Shown: positions 53,325 to 63,118 of the stretch, piece by piece
Position numbering within the stretch: the stretch's first letter is position 1
Layout of the letters: each line of letters begins with the position of its first letter
NCBI GenBank assembly: GCA_032654565.1
Contig: JAULAX010000015.1
Coordinates: 640,001-704,000, forward strand
DNA: 64,000 nucleotides
Source of the DNA: Anaeromyxobacteraceae bacterium
GTDB taxonomy: Bacteria > Myxococcota > Myxococcia > Myxococcales > Anaeromyxobacteraceae
Direction of reading: 5' to 3'
The notes under the pieces: generated by a model
Told to the model about the DNA's origin: nothing
The model's input: only the letters and a program-made list of their open reading frames with translations
Database searches by the model: none
Translations under genes and position numbers: made by a program

Positions 53325-55946
53325 GTGTCCAACCCGGTCGCCGCCCGACGCCTGGAGCTGCTCGCGGCCGCGCAGGCCGGCGGCGAGGGCTTCCTGCGCT
53401 TCGAGCCGGGGCGGCTCCGCTGCTCGCTGGGCACCTCGCTGGCCGACCTCTCGGTGCCGGTGGAGGTGGCCCCCGACGCCCGGCTCATCGTGCAGGCCGC
53501 CGCCGTCGAGGTGGCGCTGCTGCTGGTGCAGCTCCACCAGCGGCTGGTCCCCTCGGAGGAGCACGACCGGCTCTTCCTGCGCGAGGACTACGCCGGCCTC
53601 CCCCCCGTGGAGCCGACCTTCGGTGGCGCCGCGGGCGGGCCCGACCTGCGCGCCGCCGCGGCGCTGGCCGCCGCCGCCCACCCCTCCCTGACCCCCAGCC
53701 TGGTCGCCGCCTGGCTGGGGAAGGGGGGCAAGGGGCGCTCGCTGGTGGGGCTCTGGATCGAGCTGCTGCGCCGCGCCTTCGGCGAGCAGGCCACCGCCCA
53801 CGGCGAGGAGACCGCGCTGATCGTGACCCTGGCGCTGGCCGCCGAGACCGCCGCCGTGGAGGCGGTGGTGCGCCAGGCCCTGCCCATCACCAACGCCGAT
53901 CGCTGGCTGCGCGCCGGCGCCATGACCGCCCTGTGGGCGGCGGCCCAGACCGGCCTGCAGCGGGCCTTCCGCGACGCCGGTCTGGCCCCCGCCGATCCGG
54001 CCCGGGCCCGGCTGGAGGCGGTCCTGTCGCCCATGGCGTGGCTGGGGGGGCGGCTGGGGATGCAGGCGGCCGGCACCACCATCTACGGCTGCGAGCTGGC
54101 CGCCGGGGTGCCGCGCGCCGACGAGCTGGCCACCCGCCTGGCCGTCGGGCTGGCCGCCGCGGGGCTGCCCCGCGAGATGAGCGCCCTGCTGGCCGCCGAC
54201 GAGGCGGTGGCGGTGAAGGCGGAGCAGGCGGTGGCGGTGGCCCGGCTGCGCGACCTGTTCACCCAGGCGGTGCTCCACGCCGAGGTGCACGGCCAGGGGG
54301 CCAGGGTGGTCGGCCTGCGCGAGCTGCTGGCGATGCCGGGCGGGGTGGCGGCCGGCGCCGCCGACGCCGCGCCGCGGCTGTCGCTCTCCCGGCAGCTGGC
54401 GGGCGTCTCGCCGGGCGGCGAGGCCGGGGCCCTGGTGGACAGGGCGGCCCGGGCGCTGCAGGGCTGGCGGCCGCGCGAGCCCGGCGCGGTCTTCGGCCTG
54501 ACCCGCGAGGCGGCCCGCGCCGAGTACGCCCAGGCGGCGGCGGCGGTCTGCGCCGACCTGGCGCTGGAGAAGCTGGCGGCCGGCGTCACCCGGGCCATGG
54601 CCTTCCGCACCGGCCGCGAGGCCGAGGGCGGCGCCGAGGGCGAGTACGAGGCGGGGCGGCTCTACCGGCTCAGCGCCCGCCCCGGGCCGCTCCTCAAGGT
54701 GTCGGCCAACCTGCCGCTCGCCCACCTCTTCGCCGACGTCAAGGACTTCACCCGGCGGACCACGCTGCTGGGCCAGGCCTCGATGGCCGAGTTCCTGCGG
54801 CGCGAGTTCTACCTGCCCATCCTGGTGGCGGCCAAGGCGCACTTCGGCGGCATGCAGCACCTCGCCGACCGCGGCGGGGTCTCGCTCAACAACCTGCTGG
54901 GCGACGCCATCAGCTTCTCCGGCGAGATCGAGGCCATGCTGCAGCTGGCGGTCGACATCCGCGGGGCCTTCGCCACCTACACGGCGCGGCTGCAGCGGCA
55001 GATCGACGACGCGGCGGTGCGCCGGCAGCTGGAGGCGCTGGAGGGGCAGCAGGCGGTCAGCAGCCGGGCCGCGGCGCGCGCCCGCGGCGAGGCCGAGGCG
55101 GCGCTGGCCCGGGCCGCGCCGGGGAGCCCGGCCCAGGCGGCCCTGGCGGCGCAACTGGCCCGGCTGGCGGCCGCCGAGGAGCGGGCCGCCGCCGAGCGCG
55201 AGCGGGCCATGGCGCGGGCCCGCGGCGAGGGGCTGGAGGCGGGCGTGTTCATCAGCTTCGGCGACGCCCCGCTGGTGGTGATGATCGAGGACGAGGTCTT
55301 CGGCCACAACCGGGTGGCCATCGCCGAGAAGATCAACGAGTCGGCCCGCGGCACCGCCCGCGCCCCGATGGCCCGGGCCCGCGCCGACGCCCAGCTGGCC
55401 GCCGAGCGCGCCGCCCGCGGGCGCCCCGCCCTGGCCCACGCCTGGGGCGTCTTCATCGACCGGCCGCTGGGGCTGGTGGTGCCGCCCGACGTCGAGGCCC
55501 AGGCGGTGGCGGCGGCCCGGGCCGGCGACCTGCCCCTGGCCATGCGCTGGCTGGCCGGGCCGGTGCGGGACGGGCTGGAGGCGGCGGCGCAGGAGTCGGC
55601 CGACCCGCCCGGCGACATCTACAACAGCGGCGCCGCCCTCTCCGAGGAGGCGCTCACCGCCTTCCTCGCCGAGGTGTCCGACCGGCGGGTGGTCCGGCGC
55701 GTCGAGCTGGACCCCGCCACCCTCCCCGAGGCGGCGCGGGCCGACTGGTTCTACGGCGAGGGGATCCAGCCGCTGGTGATCTGCTTCCACCCCGACGGGC
55801 GGGTGGCCGAGCTGTTCCGCCGGGTCGGCCGCGCCGCCTTCAAGGGGCTGGGCGGCGTCACCGTCTGGGAGCTGTGCGCCGAGGAGGGCGGACCGGCGCT
55901 GCTGGTCCGCCTGCTCGGACGCCGCTGGCTCGACGGGGTGCGCTGA
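53325..55946 (+). CDS. large protein with a divergent class III nucleotide cyclase-like domain
   Basis: LFADVKDFT, LLGDAISF, KINESAR and FKGLGGVTVWEL motifs; start GTG 53325 inferred. Confidence 0.65.
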   Translation: MSNPVAARRLELLAAAQAGGEGFLRFEPGRLRCSLGTSLADLSVPVEVAPDARLIVQAAAVEVALLLVQLHQRLVPSEEHDRLFLREDYAGLPPVEPTFGGAAGGPDLRAAAALAAAAHPSLTPSLVAAWLGKGGKGRSLVGLWIELLRRAFGEQATAHGEETALIVTLALAAETAAVEAVVRQALPITNADRWLRAGAMTALWAAAQTGLQRAFRDAGLAPADPARARLEAVLSPMAWLGGRLGMQAAGTTIYGCELAAGVPRADELATRLAVGLAAAGLPREMSALLAADEAVAVKAEQAVAVARLRDLFTQAVLHAEVHGQGARVVGLRELLAMPGGVAAGAADAAPRLSLSRQLAGVSPGGEAGALVDRAARALQGWRPREPGAVFGLTREAARAEYAQAAAAVCADLALEKLAAGVTRAMAFRTGREAEGGAEGEYEAGRLYRLSARPGPLLKVSANLPLAHLFADVKDFTRRTTLLGQASMAEFLRREFYLPILVAAKAHFGGMQHLADRGGVSLNNLLGDAISFSGEIEAMLQLAVDIRGAFATYTARLQRQIDDAAVRRQLEALEGQQAVSSRAAARARGEAEAALARAAPGSPAQAALAAQLARLAAAEERAAAERERAMARARGEGLEAGVFISFGDAPLVVMIEDEVFGHNRVAIAEKINESARGTARAPMARARADAQLAAERAARGRPALAHAWGVFIDRPLGLVVPPDVEAQAVAAARAGDLPLAMRWLAGPVRDGLEAAAQESADPPGDIYNSGAALSEEALTAFLAEVSDRRVVRRVELDPATLPEAARADWFYGEGIQPLVICFHPDGRVAELFRRVGRAAFKGLGGVTVWELCAEEGGPALLVRLLGRRWLDGVR

Positions 55947-55949
55947 CGT

Positions 55950-57960
55950 CTACTTCGCGCCGGCCAGCTTCCGGTCGATGACCGCCTTCAGGGTCTCGAA
56001 GGGGACCGCCCCGACCACCAGCTCGCCGTTGACCGCCATGGTGGGGGTGCCGTCGATGCCGAGGCGCGAGGCCAGCTGGTCGTCCTCGGTGACCCGGGCC
56101 TTGAGCTTCTCGCTGGCCTGGGCGGCCTTGAAGCGGGGCAGGTCGAGCCCCAGCTCGCGCGCCCAGCGCTCGTAGGAGGCGGGCGAGAGCTCCTGCTGGG
56201 CGGCGAACATCTTGTCGTGCATGGGCCAGAACTTGCCCTGCTCGCGCGCCGCCTCGGCGGCCAGCGCCGCCGGCACGGCGTTGGGGTGGAAGGGGAGGGG
56301 CTTGTGCTTCCAGGCGATCCGCACCTTGGGGCCGTAGGCCTGCTCCACCTGCTTGAGCGTCGGCTCGACGCGCGAGCAGTAGGGGCACTGGAAGTCGGAG
56401 AAGACCACCACCGTCACCGGGGCCCGGGGGTTCCCCTTGACCGGGTCGTCGGGGCGCAGCGTGACCTCCACCGCCTTGCCGGGGGCCGGCGCCGCGGCCG
56501 CCGCGGGGGCCGCGGCCGGGGGCCGAGGCCAGGTTGGCGTCGCAGGCGGCGTCGTAGAGCGCCGCGCCGCGCTTGCCACCCTTGGCCAGCAGCGCCTCGA
56601 CCTTCTTCAGCTCCTCCTCGACCACCGGCTTCATGGTCTCGAATGGGACGGCGCCGACCACCTGCCGGCAGTTGAAGAACATGTTGGGCGTGCCGTTGGC
56701 CCCCACCGCGGCGGCCAGCTTCTGGTCCTCGTCCACCCGGGCCTTGGCGCCCGGGCCGGCGCTGGCGGCCTTGAAGCGGCGCAGGTCGAGCCGCGCGGCC
56801 ACCGCCGCCTTCTCCAGGTCGGCCGGCGAGAGGGCCTGCTGGTTCTGCATGAGCAGGTCGTGGAAGGGCCAGAACTTGCCCTGCTCGCGCGCCGCCTCGG
56901 AGGCCAGCGCCGCCGGCATGGCGTTCGGGTGCATGGGCAGCGGCTGGTGCTTCCAGACCACCCGGACCTGCCCCTTGAAGGCCTCCTCGACCTGCTTGAG
57001 CGTCGGCTCGACCCGGCCGCAGAACGGGCACTGGAAGTCGGAGAAGAGGACGATGGTCAGCCTGGCGTCGGCCGGGCCGCGGGCCGGATCATCGGCGCGG
57101 ACCGTCACCTTCTTGTAGTTGCTGGGAGGCGGCCCCTGCGGCGCGGGCGGCGGCGTCGGCGCGCCGGGCGCGGCGGCCGGGGCGGGGACGTTGATCACCA
57201 CCGGGGCGGTGGCGGCCCCCTGCAGCACCCGGGCGTAGACCTCGCCGGCCGGCGTGCCGGCGGCCACCAGGGCCTCGGCCTTCTTCAGCTCCTCCTCGAC
57301 CACCACCCGGAAGTTCTCGAAGGGCTGGGCGCCCGACACCTTGCGGCCGTTGATGAAGAAGGCCGGGGTCCCGCTGGCGCCGAGCGAGGTGACCAGCGCC
57401 TGGTCGCGGCGGATGCGCGGCTCGGCGGCCTTGCCGGTCAGCGCCTCGCGGAAGCGGTTGAGGTCGAGGCCGATGGCGGTGGCCGCCTGCTCCAGGGCGG
57501 CCTGGTCCAGCGCCGGCGCCGAGTCGAAGAGCCGGTCGTGCATGGCCCAGAAGCCGGCCTCGCCCTTCTGCTCGCGGGCCGCCTCGGCGGCCAGCGCCGC
57601 GGGGAGGGCGCGCTGGTGGAAGGGGAGCGGGTTGTGCTTGAAGGCCCAGCGCAGCTTGCCGGGGAAGGCCTCGTCGAGCTGCTTGAGCGTCGGGCCGACC
57701 CGCTTGCAGAAGGGGCACTCGAAGTCGCTCGACTCGACGATGGTCACCAGCGCCGCGGCCGGGCCGCGGGTGGGCGAGTCGTCGACCGGCACCCGGTAGA
57801 CCGCCTTGGGGTCCTCCTGGGGGCGGGTGGGGCGCGGCGCCGGGGCGGCGGCGGCGGGAGGCTGGGCCGAGGGCCGGCCTGGGCCGGTGAGCGCCGACTT
57901 GGTGGTGAAGCCGATGGCGAGCCCGACCACGAGGGCGAGGATCCAGCTGACGTGCTTCAT
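55950..57960 (-). CDS. triple thioredoxin/DsbA-domain protein, interrupted by a one-base frameshift at about 56520
   Basis: SDFECPFC, SDFQCPFC and SDFQCPYC domains; the third is in another frame after a C5 run in the linker. Confidence 0.85.
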
Positions 57961-58010
57961 GAACCGCTCCTTGTCCAACAAGAGTGAGGAGAAGACGGGT
58001 GCGTGGGCGC

Positions 58011-58508
58011 TCAGAGGCGGAAGGTGCCGCCGCCGCGGAGCATGAAGGGGACGCCGGCCGAGCCGGCCAACGGGATGCCGAAGTCGAGGCCGAGGTCGAA
58101 GGCCAGGGTGGTGCTGAACTGCAGCTGCCAGGCGGCGCCGAAGAGGAGCCAGCGGGTGTGGAGCCCCCCGCCGCGGGCGGTGGAGAGGTCGAGGGCGGCG
58201 CGGAGCCAGACCGGCACGTCGGCCAGGCCGGCGCGCAGCCCGGGCCGGAGGGCGACGCTGGTGCCCGGGGCCACGCCCAGGGCCAGGGCCAGCTCGGGGC
58301 GGAGGCGGGTCGGCTGGTGCTCCCACCCGGCCCCCACCTCCAGCTCCAGCAGCCCGGACTTGCCGCTGGCCAGCCCGGTCTCGCCGCCGACGGCCAGCGA
58401 CCCGGTCACCACCACGCCGGTGGGCGCCGACGGGCCTTCGGCCTGGGCGAGGGCCACGCCGGGGGAGAGCGCCAGCGCACAGAGGCTGAGGAACAGGGGG
58501 GCTCGCAC
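58011..58508 (-). CDS. hypothetical secreted, beta-barrel-like outer-membrane protein
   Basis: Signal peptide VRAPLFLSLCALALSPGVALA, alternating beta strands, C-terminal GTFRL. Confidence 0.55.
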   Translation of the reverse strand: MRAPLFLSLCALALSPGVALAQAEGPSAPTGVVVTGSLAVGGETGLASGKSGLLELEVGAGWEHQPTRLRPELALALGVAPGTSVALRPGLRAGLADVPVWLRAALDLSTARGGGLHTRWLLFGAAWQLQFSTTLAFDLGLDFGIPLAGSAGVPFMLRGGGTFRL

Positions 58509-58611
58509 GGTGGGCGGGAGAGTACCCTTGGGGTGCCGGTGGGGCAAGGCGACGGAAGGGCGCGGGCGAGGAGGTTGCCGCGGCGGCGGCGAGCCGCTAT
58601 GTGGGGCCCCG

Positions 58612-58893
58612 ATGACGTCGCCCCCGCCGCTGCCCGAGCCGGTCCAGATCCTCGACACCTCGGGGCTGCTCTGCCCCATCCCCATCGTCCGGACCGCGGC
58701 GGCGGTGAAGGGGCTCCGCGACGGCGACGTGCTGCTGGTGATCGCCACCGACGCCGGGATCGCCACCGACATGCCCATGTGGTGCCGGGCCATGCGCCAC
58801 GAGCACCTGGCCACCTTCAAGGACGGTCCAAGCTGGAAGAGCTACCTGCGCAAGCGGCCGCGGACGCCGCGGGGCGTGGAGGGAGCACCATGA
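58612..58893 (+). CDS. tusA: TusA/SirA-family sulfur carrier
   Basis: LDTSGLLCPIP and ATDAG motifs. Confidence 0.85.
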   Translation: MTSPPPLPEPVQILDTSGLLCPIPIVRTAAAVKGLRDGDVLLVIATDAGIATDMPMWCRAMRHEHLATFKDGPSWKSYLRKRPRTPRGVEGAP

Positions 58894-59951
58894 AGAAGCC
58901 GGGCAAGGCCATCGCCATGATCTCCGGCGGCCTCGACTCCACGCTGGCCCTGGCCATGGTCCGGGCCCAGGGGATCGAGATCAAGGCCATCAACTTCTAC
59001 ACCGGCTTCTGCATCACCGAGACGCAGCGGCGCAAGGGCGGACGCCAGGACGGCACCATGCCGCAGAACGAGGCGCTGCGCGCCGCCGCCGACCTGGAGA
59101 TCGAGATCGAGTACATCGACATCTCCGGCCAGCAGTACCTCGACATGATCCTCAACCCCAAGTACGGGTATGGGGCCAACGCCAACCCCTGCGTCGACTG
59201 CCGCATCTTCATGATGAAGAAGGCCAAGGAGGTCATGGAGCGCGAGGGGGCCGACTTCATCTTCACCGGCGAGGTGCTGGGGCAGCGCCCCAAGAGCCAG
59301 CGGCGCGACACCCTGTGGGCCATCGAGAAGGAGTCGGGGCTGAAGGGGCGGCTGGTCCGGCCGCTCTCGGCCAAGCTGCTGCCGCCCTCGATCCCGGAGC
59401 TGGAGGGGATCCTCGACCGCGACAAGCTCGGCGACCTGAGCGGCCGGGGGCGGATCCGGCAGATCGCCATGGCCAAGGAGATGGGGCTGGTCGAGTGGCC
59501 GCAGCCGGCCGGCGGCTGCTGCTTCCTCACCGACGAGAGCTTCTCCCGGAAGTTCTTCGACATCCTCGGGCAGCGCGAGGCGGCCGGCCTGCCGCGCAGC
59601 ATCGACCGCGACGACGTGGTGCTGATGACCACCGGCCGCCACTTCCGGCTCTCGCCCACGGTGAAGCTGATGGTGGGGCGCACCGAGGTGGAGAACGGCA
59701 CGCTGGAGAGCTACGCAGGGGACTCGCGGTCGCGGCTGGTGGCGAAGGCCCACGCCGGCCCGGTGGCGCTGGTGGAGGGGGTGGCCACCTGGGAGGAGCG
59801 GCGGCTGGCCGCCGGCATCGTGGCCCGCTACGGCAAGGGGAAGGACCAGCCGCTGGTGGAGATGGAGTGGCGGGATCCCGACGGCGGCGTCGAGCTGCTG
59901 GAGGTGGAGCCGGAGCGGGACGAGGCGCGGGTGGAGTCGCTGAGGATCTGA
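58890..59951 (+). CDS. PP-loop tRNA thiolase-like protein (ThiI/MnmA-related)
   Basis: SGGLDS, NPCVDCR, TGEVLGQRPKSQ, PAGGCC and GRHFR motifs. Confidence 0.85.
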   Translation: MKKPGKAIAMISGGLDSTLALAMVRAQGIEIKAINFYTGFCITETQRRKGGRQDGTMPQNEALRAAADLEIEIEYIDISGQQYLDMILNPKYGYGANANPCVDCRIFMMKKAKEVMEREGADFIFTGEVLGQRPKSQRRDTLWAIEKESGLKGRLVRPLSAKLLPPSIPELEGILDRDKLGDLSGRGRIRQIAMAKEMGLVEWPQPAGGCCFLTDESFSRKFFDILGQREAAGLPRSIDRDDVVLMTTGRHFRLSPTVKLMVGRTEVENGTLESYAGDSRSRLVAKAHAGPVALVEGVATWEERRLAAGIVARYGKGKDQPLVEMEWRDPDGGVELLEVEPERDEARVESLRI

Positions 59952-60016
59952 GCCCGGACGTCCCTCGGGGCACACCCGCTTGCTGGCGCACCGACATACG
60001 TTGTATGACTAAGGGC

Positions 60017-60271
60017 ATGGCCACCAAGGACGTCATCATCCCGGTCCGCGTCACCCGGGCCGATCGGGATCTCCTGAAGCGCATGGCGCCGGGCGGGTCG
60101 GTGTCCGCCTGGCTGCGCGAGCTGGCGATCTCCGCCGCTCGCAAGCGGCGGGCGGTCGTCGACCTGGCGCGGCTGCTCGACGCGGGCAAGGCGGACGGAG
60201 ACATGACCGACGAGGAGGCGGGGGAGCTGGCCGCCGAGGCGAAGCGCGAGGTGCGGAGCCGCCGCCGGTGA
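60017..60271 (+). CDS. putative RHH-like antitoxin
   Basis: IPVRVT...SVSAWLR ribbon-helix-helix pattern; GTGA overlap with the PIN gene. Confidence 0.7.
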   Translation: MATKDVIIPVRVTRADRDLLKRMAPGGSVSAWLRELAISAARKRRAVVDLARLLDAGKADGDMTDEEAGELAAEAKREVRSRRR

Positions 60272-60696
60272 TCCGCGCCGTCATCGACACCAACGTGGTG
60301 GTGAGCGGCATCCTCAACCGGGCCGGCGTGCCGGCGGCCGTGCTCAGGGCGGCCGGGCTCCGCTACGAGCTGGTGTGGACGCCGGCCATCGCCGTGGAGT
60401 GTCGTCGCATCCTCGACCTGCCTCGCATCCTGAAGCGGCTGAAGGGGCGGGAGACGCAGGCCCGACAGGTGCTCGCCAGGCTGGCGACCATCGCCACCAT
60501 GGTGCCGGCCGAGCTGCTCGGCGAGGTGCGCGTCGTCAAGGAGGACCCCGACGACGATGTCCTCTTCGCGACGGCGCTGGCCGCCGGTGCCCGGACCGTC
60601 GTGAGCGGCGACGCGGCGGTGCTCGCCGTCGGCGACTTCGCGGGCGTCATGGTGGTCAGCGCCACCGAGTTCCTGGCGACGCTCGGCGAGGCCTGA
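60268..60696 (+). CDS. PIN-domain toxin (VapC-like)
   Basis: VIDTNVVVS, EDPDDD and VSGD acidic PIN motifs. Confidence 0.9.
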   Translation: MIRAVIDTNVVVSGILNRAGVPAAVLRAAGLRYELVWTPAIAVECRRILDLPRILKRLKGRETQARQVLARLATIATMVPAELLGEVRVVKEDPDDDVLFATALAAGARTVVSGDAAVLAVGDFAGVMVVSATEFLATLGEA

Positions 60697-60831
60697 CCGG
60701 CCATCGGGCGCCGTCCGCGGGGGGCCAGGTCATCCAACCCACCGTGTCCATGCCGTCGCCGCGCCCAGGGCGGCGCTCCCAGGCCGGGGAGAGGACTTCC
60801 GTCCCGTCCCGGTCCGATCAACCATGTCGGC

Positions 60832-63054
60832 GTGGAGGGACGGGGACCACGCGCCTGGCGCGCCGCGGAGCTCTGGGGGGGCCTGGCAGGCATGCTGGTG
60901 GCCCTGCCCGGCGCGGTCGCCTATGGCCTGATCATCTTCGCACCGCTGGGGCCGGGGGCGGCGGCCATGGGGGCGCTGGCTGGCGCCTCGGGGGCGGTGG
61001 CGCTGGGGCTGGTGGCCGGTCTGCTGGGCGGCACCCGCGGGCTGGTCTCGGCCCCCTGCGGCCCGGCGGCGGCGCTGCTGGCGGCGCTGGTGGTGGAGTG
61101 GATGGGGCCGGGCGGGGTGACGCCCGCCGAGGTGCCGGCGCTCCTGGCGGTGGTGGTGGTGCTGGCCGGGCTGCTGCAGGTCCTCATCGGCCTGGTGGGC
61201 GGGGGCCGGCTCATCAAGTACATCCCCTACCCGGTGGTGGCCGGCTACCTCTCCGCCGCCGGCGTGCTGGTGCTCCTCAAGCAGCTGCCGCTGCTGGTCG
61301 GCGCCCGGGCCGACGGCCTGGGGCCGGTGCTGGCCGGGCCCTCCGCCTGGAACGTCACCGCGCTGGCGGTCGGGGCCGCCACCATCGCCGGCACGCTGCT
61401 GGCGGGGCGGCTCAAGAGCCCGATCCCGCCCACCATCGTCGGCCTGCTGGCCGGGGTGGCCGCCTTCCTGCTGCTGGCGCTGCGGGCCGGGGGGGTGCTG
61501 GCCACCGGCGGGGGCGGGCTGGTCGCGGCGGCCGCCAGCGGGCTGGTGGTCGGGCCCATGCCCAGCCCCATCCCGGCGCTGACCGCCGTGGGGGCCCGCT
61601 TCCAGGCGGCGGCGGCCCTGCCGCTCGACCACCTGCTGCTGGCCCTGCCGCCGGCGCTGACCCTGGCGGTGCTGCTCTCCATCGACACCCTCAAGACCTG
61701 CGTGATGGCCGACGCCCTGACCCAGAAGCACCACGACTCGGATCGCGAGCTGCGGGCCCAGGGGTTCGGCAACCTGGCGGCGGCGCTCTGCGGGGGCGCG
61801 CCCGGGTCGGGGGTGAGCGGCGCCACCCTCGTCAACCTCGCATCCGGCGGCACCACCTACCGGACCGGGGCCCTGGCCGGTGGCTTCGCCCTGGTGGCCC
61901 TGCTGCTGCTGGCGCCGGTCATCGCCTGGGTGCCGGTGGCGGCGCTGGCCGGCGTGCTGGTGGTGGTGGCCTTCCGGATGTTCGACTGGGAGAGCCTGCG
62001 GCTCTGGCTCCACCCCGCCACCGTCCTCGACGCCTTCGTGGTCTGGGGGGTGATCGGCGCGGCGGCCGCCTCCAACCTGATGGTGGCGGCCGGCGTCGGC
62101 GTCGCCCTCTCCATCCTGCTCTTCCTGCGCGAGCAGGTGCGCAGCCCGGTGGTGGCGCGCCACGGCCTCGGCGACCAGCGCCGCTCCAAGACCCGCCGCC
62201 GCACCCGCGAGGCGGCGGTGCTGGCCGAGCACGGCGCCAGGCTGGCCATCTTCGAGCTGCAGGGGAACCTCTTCTTCGGCACCACCGACCAGCTGCTCGG
62301 CGAGCTGGAGCCCCACCTCAAGACCAGCGAGCTGGTGGTGCTCGACCTGCGGCGGGTCCGCTCCATCGACCTGACCGCGGCGCGGATGCTGGTCCAGGTG
62401 GAGAACCGCCTGGCCTCCCACGGCGGGGCGCTGGTGCTCTCCGGCGGCCTGGCCAGCCCGGCCGCCGAGCGGCTCGACAGGATGCTCCGCCAGGTGGGGC
62501 TGCTGGGCGGCGCCCGCCAGGTGCAGGCCTTCGACGACCTCGACGCGGCGCTGGCCTGGTCGGAGGACCAGCTGCTGGCCCGCCACCTCGTCGACCCCAC
62601 CCCGGAGCGGGCCCTGGCGCTCAGCGAGATGGAGGTGCTCAAGGGGCTGCCGCCGGCCGGGCTGGCGGCGCTGGAGCCGCTGGTGGAGATCCGCCGCTTC
62701 GCCGCCGGCCAGTCGCTCTTCCAGCGCGGCGAGGAGGGGCACGAGATCTTCTTCTTGCGGCGCGGCCGGATCCGCATCGCCGCCACCCTGGCCCGGGGCG
62801 GCACCGCCCACATCGCCACCTTCTGCCGCGGCGACTTCCTCGGCGACATGGCTTTCCTCGACGGCCGCCCCCGCTCCGCCGACGCCGTGGCGGTGACCGA
62901 CGCCGAGGCCTTCGTGATCAGCCGGGCGGCGCTGGGCCAGGCGGTGGCCTCCGACCCGGTCTTCGGCGCCCGCTTCTTCGAGGAGCTGGGGCGGGCGCTG
63001 GCGGCGCGGCTGCGGGCCACCGGCGACGTCATCCGCGGGCTCCAGGAGGGTTGA
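60832..63054 (+). CDS. SulP/SLC26 anion transporter with STAS and cNMP-binding domains
   Basis: IKYIPYPVVAG, RELRAQGFGN, GNLFFG and GDFLGDMAF...RSADA motifs. Confidence 0.9.
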   Translation: MEGRGPRAWRAAELWGGLAGMLVALPGAVAYGLIIFAPLGPGAAAMGALAGASGAVALGLVAGLLGGTRGLVSAPCGPAAALLAALVVEWMGPGGVTPAEVPALLAVVVVLAGLLQVLIGLVGGGRLIKYIPYPVVAGYLSAAGVLVLLKQLPLLVGARADGLGPVLAGPSAWNVTALAVGAATIAGTLLAGRLKSPIPPTIVGLLAGVAAFLLLALRAGGVLATGGGGLVAAAASGLVVGPMPSPIPALTAVGARFQAAAALPLDHLLLALPPALTLAVLLSIDTLKTCVMADALTQKHHDSDRELRAQGFGNLAAALCGGAPGSGVSGATLVNLASGGTTYRTGALAGGFALVALLLLAPVIAWVPVAALAGVLVVVAFRMFDWESLRLWLHPATVLDAFVVWGVIGAAAASNLMVAAGVGVALSILLFLREQVRSPVVARHGLGDQRRSKTRRRTREAAVLAEHGARLAIFELQGNLFFGTTDQLLGELEPHLKTSELVVLDLRRVRSIDLTAARMLVQVENRLASHGGALVLSGGLASPAAERLDRMLRQVGLLGGARQVQAFDDLDAALAWSEDQLLARHLVDPTPERALALSEMEVLKGLPPAGLAALEPLVEIRRFAAGQSLFQRGEEGHEIFFLRRGRIRIAATLARGGTAHIATFCRGDFLGDMAFLDGRPRSADAVAVTDAEAFVISRAALGQAVASDPVFGARFFEELGRALAARLRATGDVIRGLQEG

Positions 63055-63118
63055 CCAGGAGTCGCGCCAGGAGAACACGTCCCTCGGAACGCGGTAGGCT
63101 CCGGCGCGGAGGTGGGTC

